A DNA stretch of 53,995 nt from Mycoplasmatota bacterium. Lineage in GTDB: Bacteria; Bacillota_I; Bacilli_A; RF39; UBA660. This document shows, one piece after another, positions 29,383 through 39,120 of the stretch. The notes below the pieces were generated by a model. That model searched no databases, had not been told where the DNA came from, and saw only the letters and a program-made list of their open reading frames with translations. The stretch is taken from assembly GCA_044432805.1 (NCBI GenBank), contig JAWXUI010000005.1:1-53995 (forward strand), given 5' to 3'. The translations under genes and the position numbers were made by a program. The first letter of the stretch is position 1; each line of letters begins with the position of its first letter.

Positions 29383-29969
29383 GTATATATTCCTTTCATA
29401 ACTAAGTTTAATTTATTTATATATTTATTTCTAACTAGTTCATAATCTACGCCTTTTTCAAAAATAAGCACTAAATGATGAAAAGTTATTATATTTAATA
29501 TACTAACTAAATCTTTTAAATCTTTTTCTTTTAAATTCAATTTTTTCATATCAATCAAACCTAAAATTTGATGTCTTACTTCTAATTTTTCTTTTTTTAT
29601 ACTATCATTCATCATTTGACCATTAATGTTTTTGATACCATTTTTTACAAATTCTTTATTTGGTGCATTAGATTGATAAATATAATCAAATATTTCTTTA
29701 TAAGTGATTAAAAGATCCCCTTTGTTTTTCTTTAATATAAAAATAAATTCCAAGGTTATCTTTTCTATTACATCTTTTAATAATTCCAAATATAATTCTT
29801 CAATATTATTAAAATATAAATAAAAAGTTCCACGTGGCATATTTATGTCTTTAATTATTCTATTTATACTTGCTTTTATAAGTTGATGTTCACTAAATTC
29901 TTTTATAGCGGCTTGTTTTATATTTTCTTGTTTTTCTATTGATAATTTATAAAATAACGGACTTGCCAT
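29376..29969 (-). CDS. TetR/AcrR family regulator
   Basis: ASINRIIKDINMPRGTFYLYF helix-turn-helix; heads the ABC operon. Confidence 0.92.
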   Translation of the reverse strand: MASPLFYKLSIEKQENIKQAAIKEFSEHQLIKASINRIIKDINMPRGTFYLYFNNIEELYLELLKDVIEKITLEFIFILKKNKGDLLITYKEIFDYIYQSNAPNKEFVKNGIKNINGQMMNDSIKKEKLEVRHQILGLIDMKKLNLKEKDLKDLVSILNIITFHHLVLIFEKGVDYELVRNKYINKLNLVMKGIYTC

Positions 29970-29995
29970 AAATATCCTCCTTAACCTTCTTATTC

Positions 29996-30024
29996 ATTAT
30001 ATTCAATTACTGACAAATTGTCAA
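29996..30024 (-). promoter_or_regulatory. Sigma-A promoter of the tetR-ABC operon with an overlapping operator
   Basis: Perfect TTGACA-N17-TATAAT; palindrome TGACA-AAT-TGTCA (30011-30023) covers the -35 box. Confidence 0.8.
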
Positions 30025-30047
30025 TAAAATAATAAAAAAAATATTAT

Positions 30048-30644
30048 TTAAATATTTTCTTCTTTACATTCCATTATTTTAACTTTCTTTTTTAATAAAT
30101 CAAGACCTTCTTTTTTTAATGATTGTGCCATTTTCTTATTACTTACGACTTCGTATTGATGTATATACATTTTGGCTAATATATCTGAGTATGCACGTAA
30201 TAAATTAACTTGCATAGCCTCTTTTAAAGCTAAACCATCTTCTTCTGCTATCGAATAAACACCATTTGAAATATCATTATATTCACTTAATAATGATGAT
30301 AAATATGGAACTTCTTGATTTATTGGAATAAAAGAATTATTTACCTGATTAAAAAACCAACTATCCGTATATTGTTGTAACGAATTAACGATAACCATTC
30401 TCAGTTCATAACCACTTAAATTTAGTGATTTAGCATCACTTTTAAATCCTCTTTTGTCTTTGTGATAACTATAAAAATATAGTGCTTTATAAATATAATC
30501 TTTTGCTTTTTTTTCACCATATTCTTCACCATAAAATCTAGCCATTGAAGGACTACAACTAAAGGCTCCTTTTTCATAATGAGAATCTATTATATCTAAA
30601 GTTTCAAATAAATCATCTTTTAATTGAATACTATTTTTTTCCAT
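30048..30644 (-). CDS. Orphan paralog family member 5 (most divergent)
   Basis: ELRMVIVNSLQQYTDS...VPYL...AYSDILA aligns by eye to the family core. Confidence 0.65.
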   Translation of the reverse strand: MEKNSIQLKDDLFETLDIIDSHYEKGAFSCSPSMARFYGEEYGEKKAKDYIYKALYFYSYHKDKRGFKSDAKSLNLSGYELRMVIVNSLQQYTDSWFFNQVNNSFIPINQEVPYLSSLLSEYNDISNGVYSIAEEDGLALKEAMQVNLLRAYSDILAKMYIHQYEVVSNKKMAQSLKKEGLDLLKKKVKIMECKEENI

Positions 30645-30660
30645 TTTTATTTCTCCTTAA

Positions 30661-31260
30661 TTATATATAATAAGCGGTTTTTCCTGTTATTTTTTCAGTT
30701 AATTTTTCATTATATGCAAGTTGTTTTCTTTTTGCATTTCTTTCTTTTTTCTCTAATTCTTTTACAAATCTACGTTTAAAACTAATTTTATAAGTACTAA
30801 TAATACTTGCAGGTTCTTTTAGTTCAATGTTGTTTTTTAATTGCCAAGCAGTTATTCTAGAATATATTTGAATTAATCGTGTAACATGGAAAAAAGCTTT
30901 TTCTTTTTCACAATTCGCAAATGCTTCCAATTCAATAATTAACTCTGGAAATTGATCTTTTATTCCTATGATTTCTTTTCCCTCTTTTACAAATCTAGAT
31001 TGTGATATTTTTGTAAGCGAAAAAATCAATGTTTGCATTATTTCAGGTGTTGTATAGGACTCTGAAAAAGTGCATTGTGGTGGAAAGTATCCAGGAAATT
31101 CATCTCCTGATACTATCCTTTCAAAAATCATATTTGAAATTGTGTCCTCCACTTCATAAACGTGAATATCTGTTATTGTTACAAGTTTAAAACGTAACCC
31201 ATCTTCAACGGCTTTTTCTAAATATATTTTTGCAGCTTCTAATGTTTTTTCATCTTTCAT
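30661..31260 (-). CDS. Orphan paralog family member 4
   Basis: SYTTPEIMQTLIFSLTKISQS...FPELIIELEAFANC...IYSRI. Confidence 0.75.
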   Translation of the reverse strand: MKDEKTLEAAKIYLEKAVEDGLRFKLVTITDIHVYEVEDTISNMIFERIVSGDEFPGYFPPQCTFSESYTTPEIMQTLIFSLTKISQSRFVKEGKEIIGIKDQFPELIIELEAFANCEKEKAFFHVTRLIQIYSRITAWQLKNNIELKEPASIISTYKISFKRRFVKELEKKERNAKRKQLAYNEKLTEKITGKTAYYI

Positions 31261-31273
31261 ATTTTTTCTCCTT

Positions 31274-31867
31274 TTATTCTATTACTATTTTTTGTGTCAA
31301 TTTTTCAGTATAAGCTAGTTGTTTTCTTTTAACTTGATTTTCTTTTCTTTGCATTTCTTCAATAAAACGACGTTTTAAACTAACTTTATATGTATCAGTA
31401 ATGCTTGTTGGTTCAGAAAATTTTAAACATTCTGACATTTCCCAAGCAAATATTTGACAATATTTTTTAAGTAAACCTATTGAAATAAATCCAGCGTCTT
31501 CACCTTTACAATTTGCAAACGCTTCTAGTTCAAGAATTAATCGAGGATATTTATCTTTTACTTCTTGAATCTCTCCATTTTCATCTACATAGCTAGACTG
31601 TGCATATTTTGTTAATGCAAAAATTACTGTTTGTAGTATTTCTGCTGAGGTATGTTTTACGATAAATGATTCTTGATGTAAATTTATTGAACCATAAAAA
31701 TCATATGAGTTATTTCTAATTACATTTTCAAACAATAAAGTTAAAATAAATTGTTCTAACTTTAATTGATTATATGCAGTACTATGTCTTGTTACATCAT
31801 CATGTGCTTTTTTAATAAATAATTTTAACTCTTGTCTTGCTTCTTTTAATTTTTTTTCATCCTTCAT
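31274..31867 (-). CDS. Orphan paralog family member 3
   Basis: KHTSAEILQTVIFALTKYAQS...YPRLILELEAFANC...KYCQI. Confidence 0.75.
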   Translation of the reverse strand: MKDEKKLKEARQELKLFIKKAHDDVTRHSTAYNQLKLEQFILTLLFENVIRNNSYDFYGSINLHQESFIVKHTSAEILQTVIFALTKYAQSSYVDENGEIQEVKDKYPRLILELEAFANCKGEDAGFISIGLLKKYCQIFAWEMSECLKFSEPTSITDTYKVSLKRRFIEEMQRKENQVKRKQLAYTEKLTQKIVIE

Positions 31868-31872
31868 TTTTA

Positions 31873-32499
31873 TTACCCCTTTAATTTAATAACTTGCGCT
31901 ATTTTTCTTTCTGCATCAATATATTTTTTTTGTTTTAGCTTATATGTTTCTTTTGCTTCTTCTATTTGTTCTTCTGTAGCTGTATCTAGAGTAATAGATG
32001 CCATCATTTTTTCTAAAATAATACTTTCTGGATCATTTACAATTCTTAAATTGTTAAAATGCACTGAACCTACTATTTGTGAATAAATAGCTATTGCTTT
32101 ATCTAAAACACATTTTGTTTGTTCTTTAGTACTATAAGAAAATTCATACACACAACTAGTTAAACTTGATGAAAAAAGAACTAACGGAAAGAGTGGCTTA
32201 GATAATTCTGATTCATCACTGTCTTTATTAATTGCATAAGCTTTTGAATACGAAAGCAATGAATACATAATTATTTCTAAAAGTTCTCGTTTTGTATATT
32301 TTGAAACTGATGTAGAAGATAAATTTTCATCATAACCTTCATTAATTAATTTTTTTAATGAAAGAAATATTCCCATAATATAATTATATTCACTATCAAT
32401 CGGGAAATCTTCATAAGGAATTTTTATATTTTCAGCTACACTTGAAACACATTCCTCTAATTCTATTTTAGCCTTACTTAATTTAATTGGATCATTCAT
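31873..32499 (-). CDS. Orphan paralog family member 2
   Basis: KYTKRELLEIIMYSLLSYSKA...FPL...IYSQI. Confidence 0.7.
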   Translation of the reverse strand: MNDPIKLSKAKIELEECVSSVAENIKIPYEDFPIDSEYNYIMGIFLSLKKLINEGYDENLSSTSVSKYTKRELLEIIMYSLLSYSKAYAINKDSDESELSKPLFPLVLFSSSLTSCVYEFSYSTKEQTKCVLDKAIAIYSQIVGSVHFNNLRIVNDPESIILEKMMASITLDTATEEQIEEAKETYKLKQKKYIDAERKIAQVIKLKG

Positions 32500-33037
32500 A
32501 AATCTCTTCTCCTTTTTTTAATGTTTTTTCTAATTTTTTTAATTCTGTTTTAATTTTCTTTTTTGTTATTAATTTTTTGCTTTTTTCTTTTGTAATATTA
32601 AAATTATTTCTTTTTATAATATGCAATTTATTATAATTTAAATATACACTTATTTTAACATATAAAGTAATACAATATAATATACTAAAGATTATTTCTT
32701 TACCATTACTATTTAAAAAATATTCAATTGTATCTTCTAATTCAGGGAAAATTTCATTTAAATATTTACCATCTTCTCTTATTAATGATTGGTTATATAT
32801 AGCAAGTGAGTGAATTATAATTTGTAATGTTTCAGATGGCTTATATTTTTTTAGTAATTTAACTAATTCTCCATCAGATTCATTTTGAAAAATGTATTTA
32901 TTTAAACTTTTCATAATTTGATTAGTTAAATCTTCAATATTAATTTTTTTGTTATCTTTTATTTGTTTATGAATATAATTTTTTATAATTAGTTCAAAGT
33001 CAGAAATTCCTGATTCTACTTTCAAATCATTTTTCAT
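32492..33037 (-). CDS. Orphan paralog family member 1
   Basis: KYKPSETLQIIIHSLAIYNQS...FPEL...YFLNS...LYVKI. Confidence 0.7.
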   Translation of the reverse strand: MKNDLKVESGISDFELIIKNYIHKQIKDNKKINIEDLTNQIMKSLNKYIFQNESDGELVKLLKKYKPSETLQIIIHSLAIYNQSLIREDGKYLNEIFPELEDTIEYFLNSNGKEIIFSILYCITLYVKISVYLNYNKLHIIKRNNFNITKEKSKKLITKKKIKTELKKLEKTLKKGEEIYE

Positions 33038-33062
33038 AAAAGTCTCCCTTTTTTGTGAGGTT

Positions 33063-33091
33063 ATAGTACTACAAAAGGCTTAGTTTGTCAA
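33063..33091 (-). promoter_or_regulatory. Sigma-A promoter of the five-paralog operon
   Basis: TTGACA-N17-TACTAT, followed by an AAGGGAG RBS. Confidence 0.7.
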
Positions 33092-33159
33092 ATTTAAGCA
33101 TTAAAAAAGACTTATTTAAATAAATCCTTTATTACCTTTTTCATTGTGCGAATTAAAAT

Positions 33160-34089
33160 TTACTTTGTTTTATTAGACTTTTCTTCTTTTTTAAAATAGT
33201 TCAATACATCAATTGTTTCAAATCCTGATTTATTATAAAAGTTAACTCTCCAATCATACGAATTAACGTAACAACTTGTAATTCCAAGGTCCTTACATCT
33301 ATTTATAATTGTGTGCATCATAGCTTTTCCTAACCCAGTTTTTTGATATTTGTTTCTAGTTGATACTGGTTCTATAAAAGCAGTCTTTAGTTCTAAATTA
33401 ACATAACAAAATGCATAAGAACATAATTCATCAGTGCTTCTAATAATAACTTCAAAACTGTCTTTAAAATAATTTGATTTTTTTCTACTATTATAGCTTT
33501 CTAAATTAGGTATATAATCTATTTCTTCAGCATCCGGATGGAATCCTAAATGGCAGACAATAGATTTTGCAGTGTCATCTAAAATTTCTTCTCCGTATGC
33601 AATATAAAATCCATCGGGTAATTCTACATTATAACTTCCTAATTGTGGATTTACAAAATTATCAAAATCATGTTCATTTTGCAATATATATGAATTATTA
33701 CTTAAAAAATTATTTTGGTTTGAAATTGACTCATGAGTTATTATTAATATGTCATCTGGATTTTCAAAATCAGGAGCAATTTTTTCTTCTAAAAATTTTA
33801 CCATATCGTCAAATAAATATTCATATCCTTTTGATGTGTAAGGATACATAGCTTCTCCATCAGGCAATAACACTGCGACTACATTACCATTTTCTTCCCA
33901 ATAATGAAGATAATTTTGTGAAGGGATTTTTCCATTTTCTTTTTCTAACCATACATCAATTCTAAATACCACATCTTCAAATCTTTCTGGTAACCAACAA
34001 TTTAAATTTTGATTTTTTTGATATTCTTGCATTAAAAACATTTTTATTTTATCAAAATCAATACCTTTTTTATACTTAACTATTTCCAT
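33160..34089 (-). CDS. GNAT family N-acetyltransferase
   Basis: IEPVSTRNKYQKTGLGKAM (motif A) and FYNKSGF. Start set at the ATG after GAGGTG. Confidence 0.9.
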   Translation of the reverse strand: MEIVKYKKGIDFDKIKMFLMQEYQKNQNLNCWLPERFEDVVFRIDVWLEKENGKIPSQNYLHYWEENGNVVAVLLPDGEAMYPYTSKGYEYLFDDMVKFLEEKIAPDFENPDDILIITHESISNQNNFLSNNSYILQNEHDFDNFVNPQLGSYNVELPDGFYIAYGEEILDDTAKSIVCHLGFHPDAEEIDYIPNLESYNSRKKSNYFKDSFEVIIRSTDELCSYAFCYVNLELKTAFIEPVSTRNKYQKTGLGKAMMHTIINRCKDLGITSCYVNSYDWRVNFYNKSGFETIDVLNYFKKEEKSNKTK

Positions 34090-34187
34090 TATTTTCACCT
34101 CTAATACAATTTTAACATAATTTTAATTATTATCAAAAAAAAAGAAAATTTTATCTTTTCTTGTTAATACTAATAAAGGTGATTTAA

Positions 34188-35111
34188 ATGAAAATAAATT
34201 TAGGATATGCTTGTGTATCAAAAACTTTAAACGTGACTTCCTCTACTCCATTTACTTATACAGAATTTTTAAAAACAAACGATTTTAATAAATTAGATAG
34301 AATTATTAATTCTAATTTAGAAGATTTAGAAAAAATTTTATATTACAATATAAAAAATAATATTACATTTTTTAGACTTACTTCAAAGCTAATACCACTT
34401 GCTACAAAAAAAGATGTTGTATTTGACTATGTAAATAATTACAAAGAAGAATTTAACAAATTAAAACCATTAATTAAACAATTAAGAGTTGATGTACATC
34501 CAGATCAATTTACTGTTTTAAATAGTGTCTCGAGTGAAGTAGTGAAAAATTCAATTGATAATTTAGAATATCATTATAACATTTTAAATCTTTTAGGTAT
34601 TGAAAATAAAATAATTATTTTACACGTTGGATCAAGTACTTTTGGTAAAAAAAATAGTATAACAAGATTCATAAATAATTTTAATTTGTTACCAGACCAT
34701 TTAAAAAAAAGCATTGCTATTGAAAACGATGATAAGGTATTTAATATAAAAGATTGTTTATATATTGCAAATACATTAAATATCCCTTTTGTATTAGATT
34801 ATCATCATTACATATGTAATAACGATAAAGAAAATTTATATGAATATATGGAAAAAATTTTTAATACTTGGAAAATAAAACCTAAGATTCATTTTTCTTC
34901 TCCAAAAAGCAAATTAAAAAAAGAGTTTAGAAGCCATCATGATTATATAGACGTAAACTCTTTTATTAACTTTTTAGAAAATATTAAATTTCTAAATAAA
35001 GATTTTGATATTATGTTAGAAGTAAAAGCAAAAGATGAAGCATTATTTAAATTAATAAGGCAATTAAAATATAATAATTATACTATAAAAGGTACGACTA
35101 TATATTTATAG
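34188..35111 (+). CDS. uvsE: UV DNA damage endonuclease
   Basis: LGYAC, HPDQFTVLNS, IENDDK, DYHH, PKIHFSSP, HHDY, MLEVKAKD. Confidence 0.96.
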   Translation: MKINLGYACVSKTLNVTSSTPFTYTEFLKTNDFNKLDRIINSNLEDLEKILYYNIKNNITFFRLTSKLIPLATKKDVVFDYVNNYKEEFNKLKPLIKQLRVDVHPDQFTVLNSVSSEVVKNSIDNLEYHYNILNLLGIENKIIILHVGSSTFGKKNSITRFINNFNLLPDHLKKSIAIENDDKVFNIKDCLYIANTLNIPFVLDYHHYICNNDKENLYEYMEKIFNTWKIKPKIHFSSPKSKLKKEFRSHHDYIDVNSFINFLENIKFLNKDFDIMLEVKAKDEALFKLIRQLKYNNYTIKGTTIYL

Positions 35112-35112
35112 T

Positions 35113-35649
35113 TTAAATGTATCTACTAATTAACTCTGTTTTATCAATTCGTTTTTGTTTTTGCTTACCTACTTCTTGTTGTATTAATACATTATATTTT
35201 GGATTAAGATTTGTTTTTATAGTTTGTGGGTATTCAACAACATTAATTTTTGCTGATATTTTACAAGCTAGTATATTAGAATATATAAATATAACTTGAG
35301 AAGCACAAAGTGATAAATCTTTTTTTTCGCAATTTAAAAATCTATCTACACATCCTTTTAGTCCAGGGAAAGCAGTTGTCATAGGAACTTCTACTTCACC
35401 ATCAACTAAAGTAGAATTACTATCTTTAGATAATGAATATATTAATATTTGTAATAATTCTGCTGGTGTATATTTATTTGTTAAACTATCTTTTTGTTTC
35501 TCAGAAATTGCTTTATATAATCTGTTTTTAACATAAAACTTTACCTCCAACAAAGTTGTTTGACTTTTTTTATTTTGTTTTAAAAAATCTTTTTCTAAAA
35601 TTTGTTCTAGTTCATTTAGTCCATTTAATAAGTCTATTTCATTTCTCAT
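35113..35649 (-). CDS. Orphan paralog family member 6 (solitary copy)
   Basis: KYTPAELLQILIYSLSKDSNS...FPGL...RFLNC...IYSNILA. Confidence 0.75.
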   Translation of the reverse strand: MRNEIDLLNGLNELEQILEKDFLKQNKKSQTTLLEVKFYVKNRLYKAISEKQKDSLTNKYTPAELLQILIYSLSKDSNSTLVDGEVEVPMTTAFPGLKGCVDRFLNCEKKDLSLCASQVIFIYSNILACKISAKINVVEYPQTIKTNLNPKYNVLIQQEVGKQKQKRIDKTELISRYI

Positions 35650-35791
35650 AATTCTCTTCCTTCTTCTAAATTTATAATACTATAAATAAATTAAAAAAGC
35701 AAAAGAAAAATATATGTTTTTTTTGATAACTTGTTGATTTTTAATAATAAAAAGAGTATAGTATAAGTACAAACATGAGGAGGTTTGAAAT

Positions 35792-36712
35792 ATGGGTTTA
35801 ATCAAACATGGAATAGCTTTGATAATAGAAAAAGCACTAAAAAAGCACGGATATAATGTTACAAGAATTGGAAGTAAAGTTTTTACTATTCAAACAGGTA
35901 ATATAGATTTAAGCGCTACATTACAAGGAACTTATACATATGACGAAGTTATGGAATTTAATGACGAGATTGGATATTCATCTCGCTTAGGTCATTCTAA
36001 TGGAACACCTATAGCAATAATAGGGATTCCAAATGATAATTATGAAGTTGGTTCCTTTAAAGATGTATGGGAATACGGAAAAGCTTCACCAGAAAAAGAA
36101 TATCCTTTTACATTATACGATGAAGAAACTGCAAAACAAATTGGTAATTATACTGTAGGGTTTAATAGTTATTTTGAAAGAATAAAAAAAGATTTAAAAT
36201 TTGATAAATTAAATCAAGTATATGAACAAACAAAAAGCAACAAAATAAGACATCTAGCAATAGAAACACCATTTGTATTAGATGCAGAATATAAAATGAA
36301 TGGAACTTATTCATTTAAAGAAATTAAAAAAATGTTAGCGCAAGATAAATTTAGAATGACATCATTTGCATCATATGCATTAAAAGATGGTAAACCAATT
36401 GCTATAATTGGGGTTGGTTATAGAAAAGATGGCTCAATTTGTGGGTTTAGAGATGTATGGGAATATGGTAAAGATGAACCCGAAGTATCTACTTATGAAC
36501 CTATAAGCATAGAAGATGCACAACATATTACTAATTTTGAAGTATATGGATGTGATTGTACTACTGCTGATATCGATATAGTTGATATGGATGTAGAAAA
36601 ATACGACAGAAGATTTGATAAACGTTTTGATTATTATTCTGAAGGTGTTGATTATCGAATGAGTTATAAGAATCCAAAAAAAGATAAAGTTAAAACATTA
36701 GATACTCCATAA
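35792..36712 (+). CDS. Hypothetical protein with two internal ~90-aa repeats
   Basis: GTYxxxE...GxPIAIIG...FxDVWEYGKxxPE occurs twice; AGGAGG RBS. Confidence 0.75.
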   Translation: MGLIKHGIALIIEKALKKHGYNVTRIGSKVFTIQTGNIDLSATLQGTYTYDEVMEFNDEIGYSSRLGHSNGTPIAIIGIPNDNYEVGSFKDVWEYGKASPEKEYPFTLYDEETAKQIGNYTVGFNSYFERIKKDLKFDKLNQVYEQTKSNKIRHLAIETPFVLDAEYKMNGTYSFKEIKKMLAQDKFRMTSFASYALKDGKPIAIIGVGYRKDGSICGFRDVWEYGKDEPEVSTYEPISIEDAQHITNFEVYGCDCTTADIDIVDMDVEKYDRRFDKRFDYYSEGVDYRMSYKNPKKDKVKTLDTP

Positions 36713-36737
36713 ATCATAAATTATATATTTAAATATA

Positions 36738-36768
36738 AAAAAACTTATCCAATATAGATAAGTTTTTT
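36738..36768. terminator. Bidirectional terminator downstream of tRNA-Met
   Basis: AAAAAACTTATC-CAATATA-GATAAGTTTTTT. Confidence 0.75.
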
Positions 36769-36778
36769 AATGTCTTTT

Positions 36779-36855
36779 TGGTAGCGACGAATGGATTCGA
36801 ACCATCGACCTAACGGGTATGAACCGTTTGCTCTAGCCAACTGAGCTACATCGCC
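36779..36855 (-). tRNA. tRNA-Met(CAT), elongator type
   Basis: GGCGATGTAGCTCAGTTGGCTAGAGCAAACGGTTCATACCCGTTAGGTCGATGGTTCGAATCCATTCGTCGCTACCA: 77-nt cloverleaf, CAT anticodon, paired G1-C72, encoded CCA. Confidence 0.95.
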
Positions 36856-36937
36856 ATTTATGAACAAAATAATTATAACATTTTAATTTATATTAAATCA
36901 AGTCTTTTTATAAAAAAAAACAAAGATTTAACTTTGT

Positions 36938-38527
36938 TTAAAATAATCCAGATATTATATTATTACTTATTTTCATATTTTCATAAGCTGGAGTTTTATT
37001 AAGTCCAGGTAAAGTCATTATATTCCCTAATAAAACAACAATAAAACCAGCACCATTATTTAAATATATATCTTTTATTGTTAATTCAAAATTAGTAGGC
37101 GCTCCTAAACTTTTTTGATTATCTGTAAAAGAATATTGTGTTTTAGCAATGCATATTGGTAAATTAGAATTAATGCTTTCAATAAATTTGATTTTTTCTT
37201 TTATTTCATCACTAATAACAATATCATTACTTCTGTATATTTTTGTAGCGATACTATTTATTTTATTATAAATGGTATCAGTTAATTCATAAGTAAAAAT
37301 AGGACTTGGTTTAGTATCAAAAGAAACTATTATTTTAGCTAAATCTTTTGCTCCCCTACTGCCTTGTTCAAAAGATGAAGAAATCGCATATAACACATTA
37401 TTACTAATTAAATAATTTTCTAAATATTCAATATCTTCTTTTTTATCTTTAGAAAAATGATTAATACAAACAACTATATTTTTATTAAACTGTTGCATAT
37501 TTTCAATATGTCTGTTTAAATTTTCTATTCCTTTTTTTAAATCATCGTACCCATTATATAACAAACTTCTAATAGTAGTATTAATTACAATAACATCTGG
37601 ATATATATTAGCTTTTCTGCATTTAATATTAATAAATTTCTCAGCACCTAAATCAGATCCAAACCCTGCTTCAGTCACAACGTAATCAGTTAAAGATAAA
37701 CCTAGCTTTGTAGCAATTACACTATTGCATCCATGAGCTATATTAGCAAATGGACCACCATGAATAATAGCTGGATTATTTTCTAACGTTTGCACTAAAT
37801 TAGGCTTTATTGCATCTTTTAATATAATTGTAAGTGAATCTTCTATTTTTAATTCAAAAGCAAAAACAGGTTTGTTATCTTCATTAACACCTATAATTAT
37901 ATTACCAATTTTTTCTTTTAAATCATTAATATCTTCGGCTAAACAAACAATAGCCATTATTTCGCTTGCAACACTTATATTAAATTTTTCTTCTCGATTA
38001 TAACTTGAATTAATTGTAATATTTCTTAATGCACGATCATTTAAATCTAAACATCTTCTAAATAAAACATTTTTAATCTTTAAATCATTTCCTTGAAATA
38101 TATGATTATCTATAGCAGCACACAATAAATTATTTGCTGATGTAATAGCATGAATATCTCCCGTAAAATGAAGATTTATATCCTCCATTGGAATTACTTG
38201 ACTATATCCTCCACCTGTTGCTCCACCTTTAATACCAAATACTGGACCCATTGAAGGTTCTCTTAAAACAACTAAACTATCTTTTCCTATACTATTAAGT
38301 GCATCATTTATACCAATACTCATAGTTGTTTTTCCCTCTCCATAAGGAGTTGGAGATGTCGAAGTAACTAAAATTAATTTACCTTTTTTATTTTCTATCT
38401 TTTTATTTATTTTAGCTTTATAATTTCCATATAGCTCTAATTCGTCTTCTTGTATATTTAATTTGTTTGCAATGTCTTTAATATTTAACATTTTAGACTC
38501 TTGTGATATTTCTATATCTGTTTTCAT
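36938..38527 (-). CDS. fhs: Formate--tetrahydrofolate ligase
   Basis: PTPYGEGKTT, KGGATGGGYSQV, HGGPFANIAHGCNS, TEAGFGSDLGAEKF. Confidence 0.98.
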   Translation of the reverse strand: MKTDIEISQESKMLNIKDIANKLNIQEDELELYGNYKAKINKKIENKKGKLILVTSTSPTPYGEGKTTMSIGINDALNSIGKDSLVVLREPSMGPVFGIKGGATGGGYSQVIPMEDINLHFTGDIHAITSANNLLCAAIDNHIFQGNDLKIKNVLFRRCLDLNDRALRNITINSSYNREEKFNISVASEIMAIVCLAEDINDLKEKIGNIIIGVNEDNKPVFAFELKIEDSLTIILKDAIKPNLVQTLENNPAIIHGGPFANIAHGCNSVIATKLGLSLTDYVVTEAGFGSDLGAEKFINIKCRKANIYPDVIVINTTIRSLLYNGYDDLKKGIENLNRHIENMQQFNKNIVVCINHFSKDKKEDIEYLENYLISNNVLYAISSSFEQGSRGAKDLAKIIVSFDTKPSPIFTYELTDTIYNKINSIATKIYRSNDIVISDEIKEKIKFIESINSNLPICIAKTQYSFTDNQKSLGAPTNFELTIKDIYLNNGAGFIVVLLGNIMTLPGLNKTPAYENMKISNNIISGLF

Positions 38528-38580
38528 ATTTATCACCTCTAATACAATTATAACAAAAAAAGACTATAAAAGTCTTCTTT

Positions 38581-39120
38581 TTAATAATTTTCTGCTCTTA
38601 ATTCAAAATATGCTTTAGGATGTGCACATACTGGGCATAAAGCGATTGCTTCTTCTCCGAAATGTACATGTCCACAATTTCTACAAATCCACATTTTTTT
38701 CTCATCTTTTTTAAATACTTTTTCTTCTTTTATATTATTTAATAAAGAAGTGTATCTTTCTTCATGTTCTTTTTCAATTTTACCAACTTCTGTAAATAAG
38801 AATGATAATTTAGTAAATCCTTCTTCTTTAGCAGTTTTAGCAAATTCTGCATACATATCTGTCCATTCGAAATTTTCACCATTTGCAGCAGCTAATAAAT
38901 TTTCTTCAGTAGTTCCAATTTCCCCACCATTAAGTTCTTTAAACCACATTTTAGCATGTTCTTTTTCATTGTTAGCAGTTTCTAAAAATATAGCAGCTAT
39001 TTGTTCATAACCTTCTTTTTTAGCTTTTGATGCAAAGTAAGTATATTTATTTCTTGCTTGGCTTTCTCCTGCAAATGCAGTCATTAAATTTTGTTCTGTT
39101 TTACTTCCTTTAAGTTCCAT
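38581..39120 (-). CDS. rbr: Rubrerythrin
   Basis: [18 protein letters not shown]-terminal CRNCG...CPVCAHP. Confidence 0.97.
   Translation of the reverse strand: MELKGSKTEQNLMTAFAGESQARNKYTYFASKAKKEGYEQIAAIFLETANNEKEHAKMWFKELNGGEIGTTEENLLAAANGENFEWTDMYAEFAKTAKEEGFTKLSFLFTEVGKIEKEHEERYTSLLNNIKEEKVFKKDEKKMWICRNCGHVHFGEEAIALCPVCAHPKAYFELRAENY

Noticed and set aside
30048-36855. tRNA-Met-anchored genomic island covering the orphan cluster
   Set aside because: The orphan genes lie downstream of the tRNA, but I found no duplicated tRNA 3' end, integrase or compositional shift.
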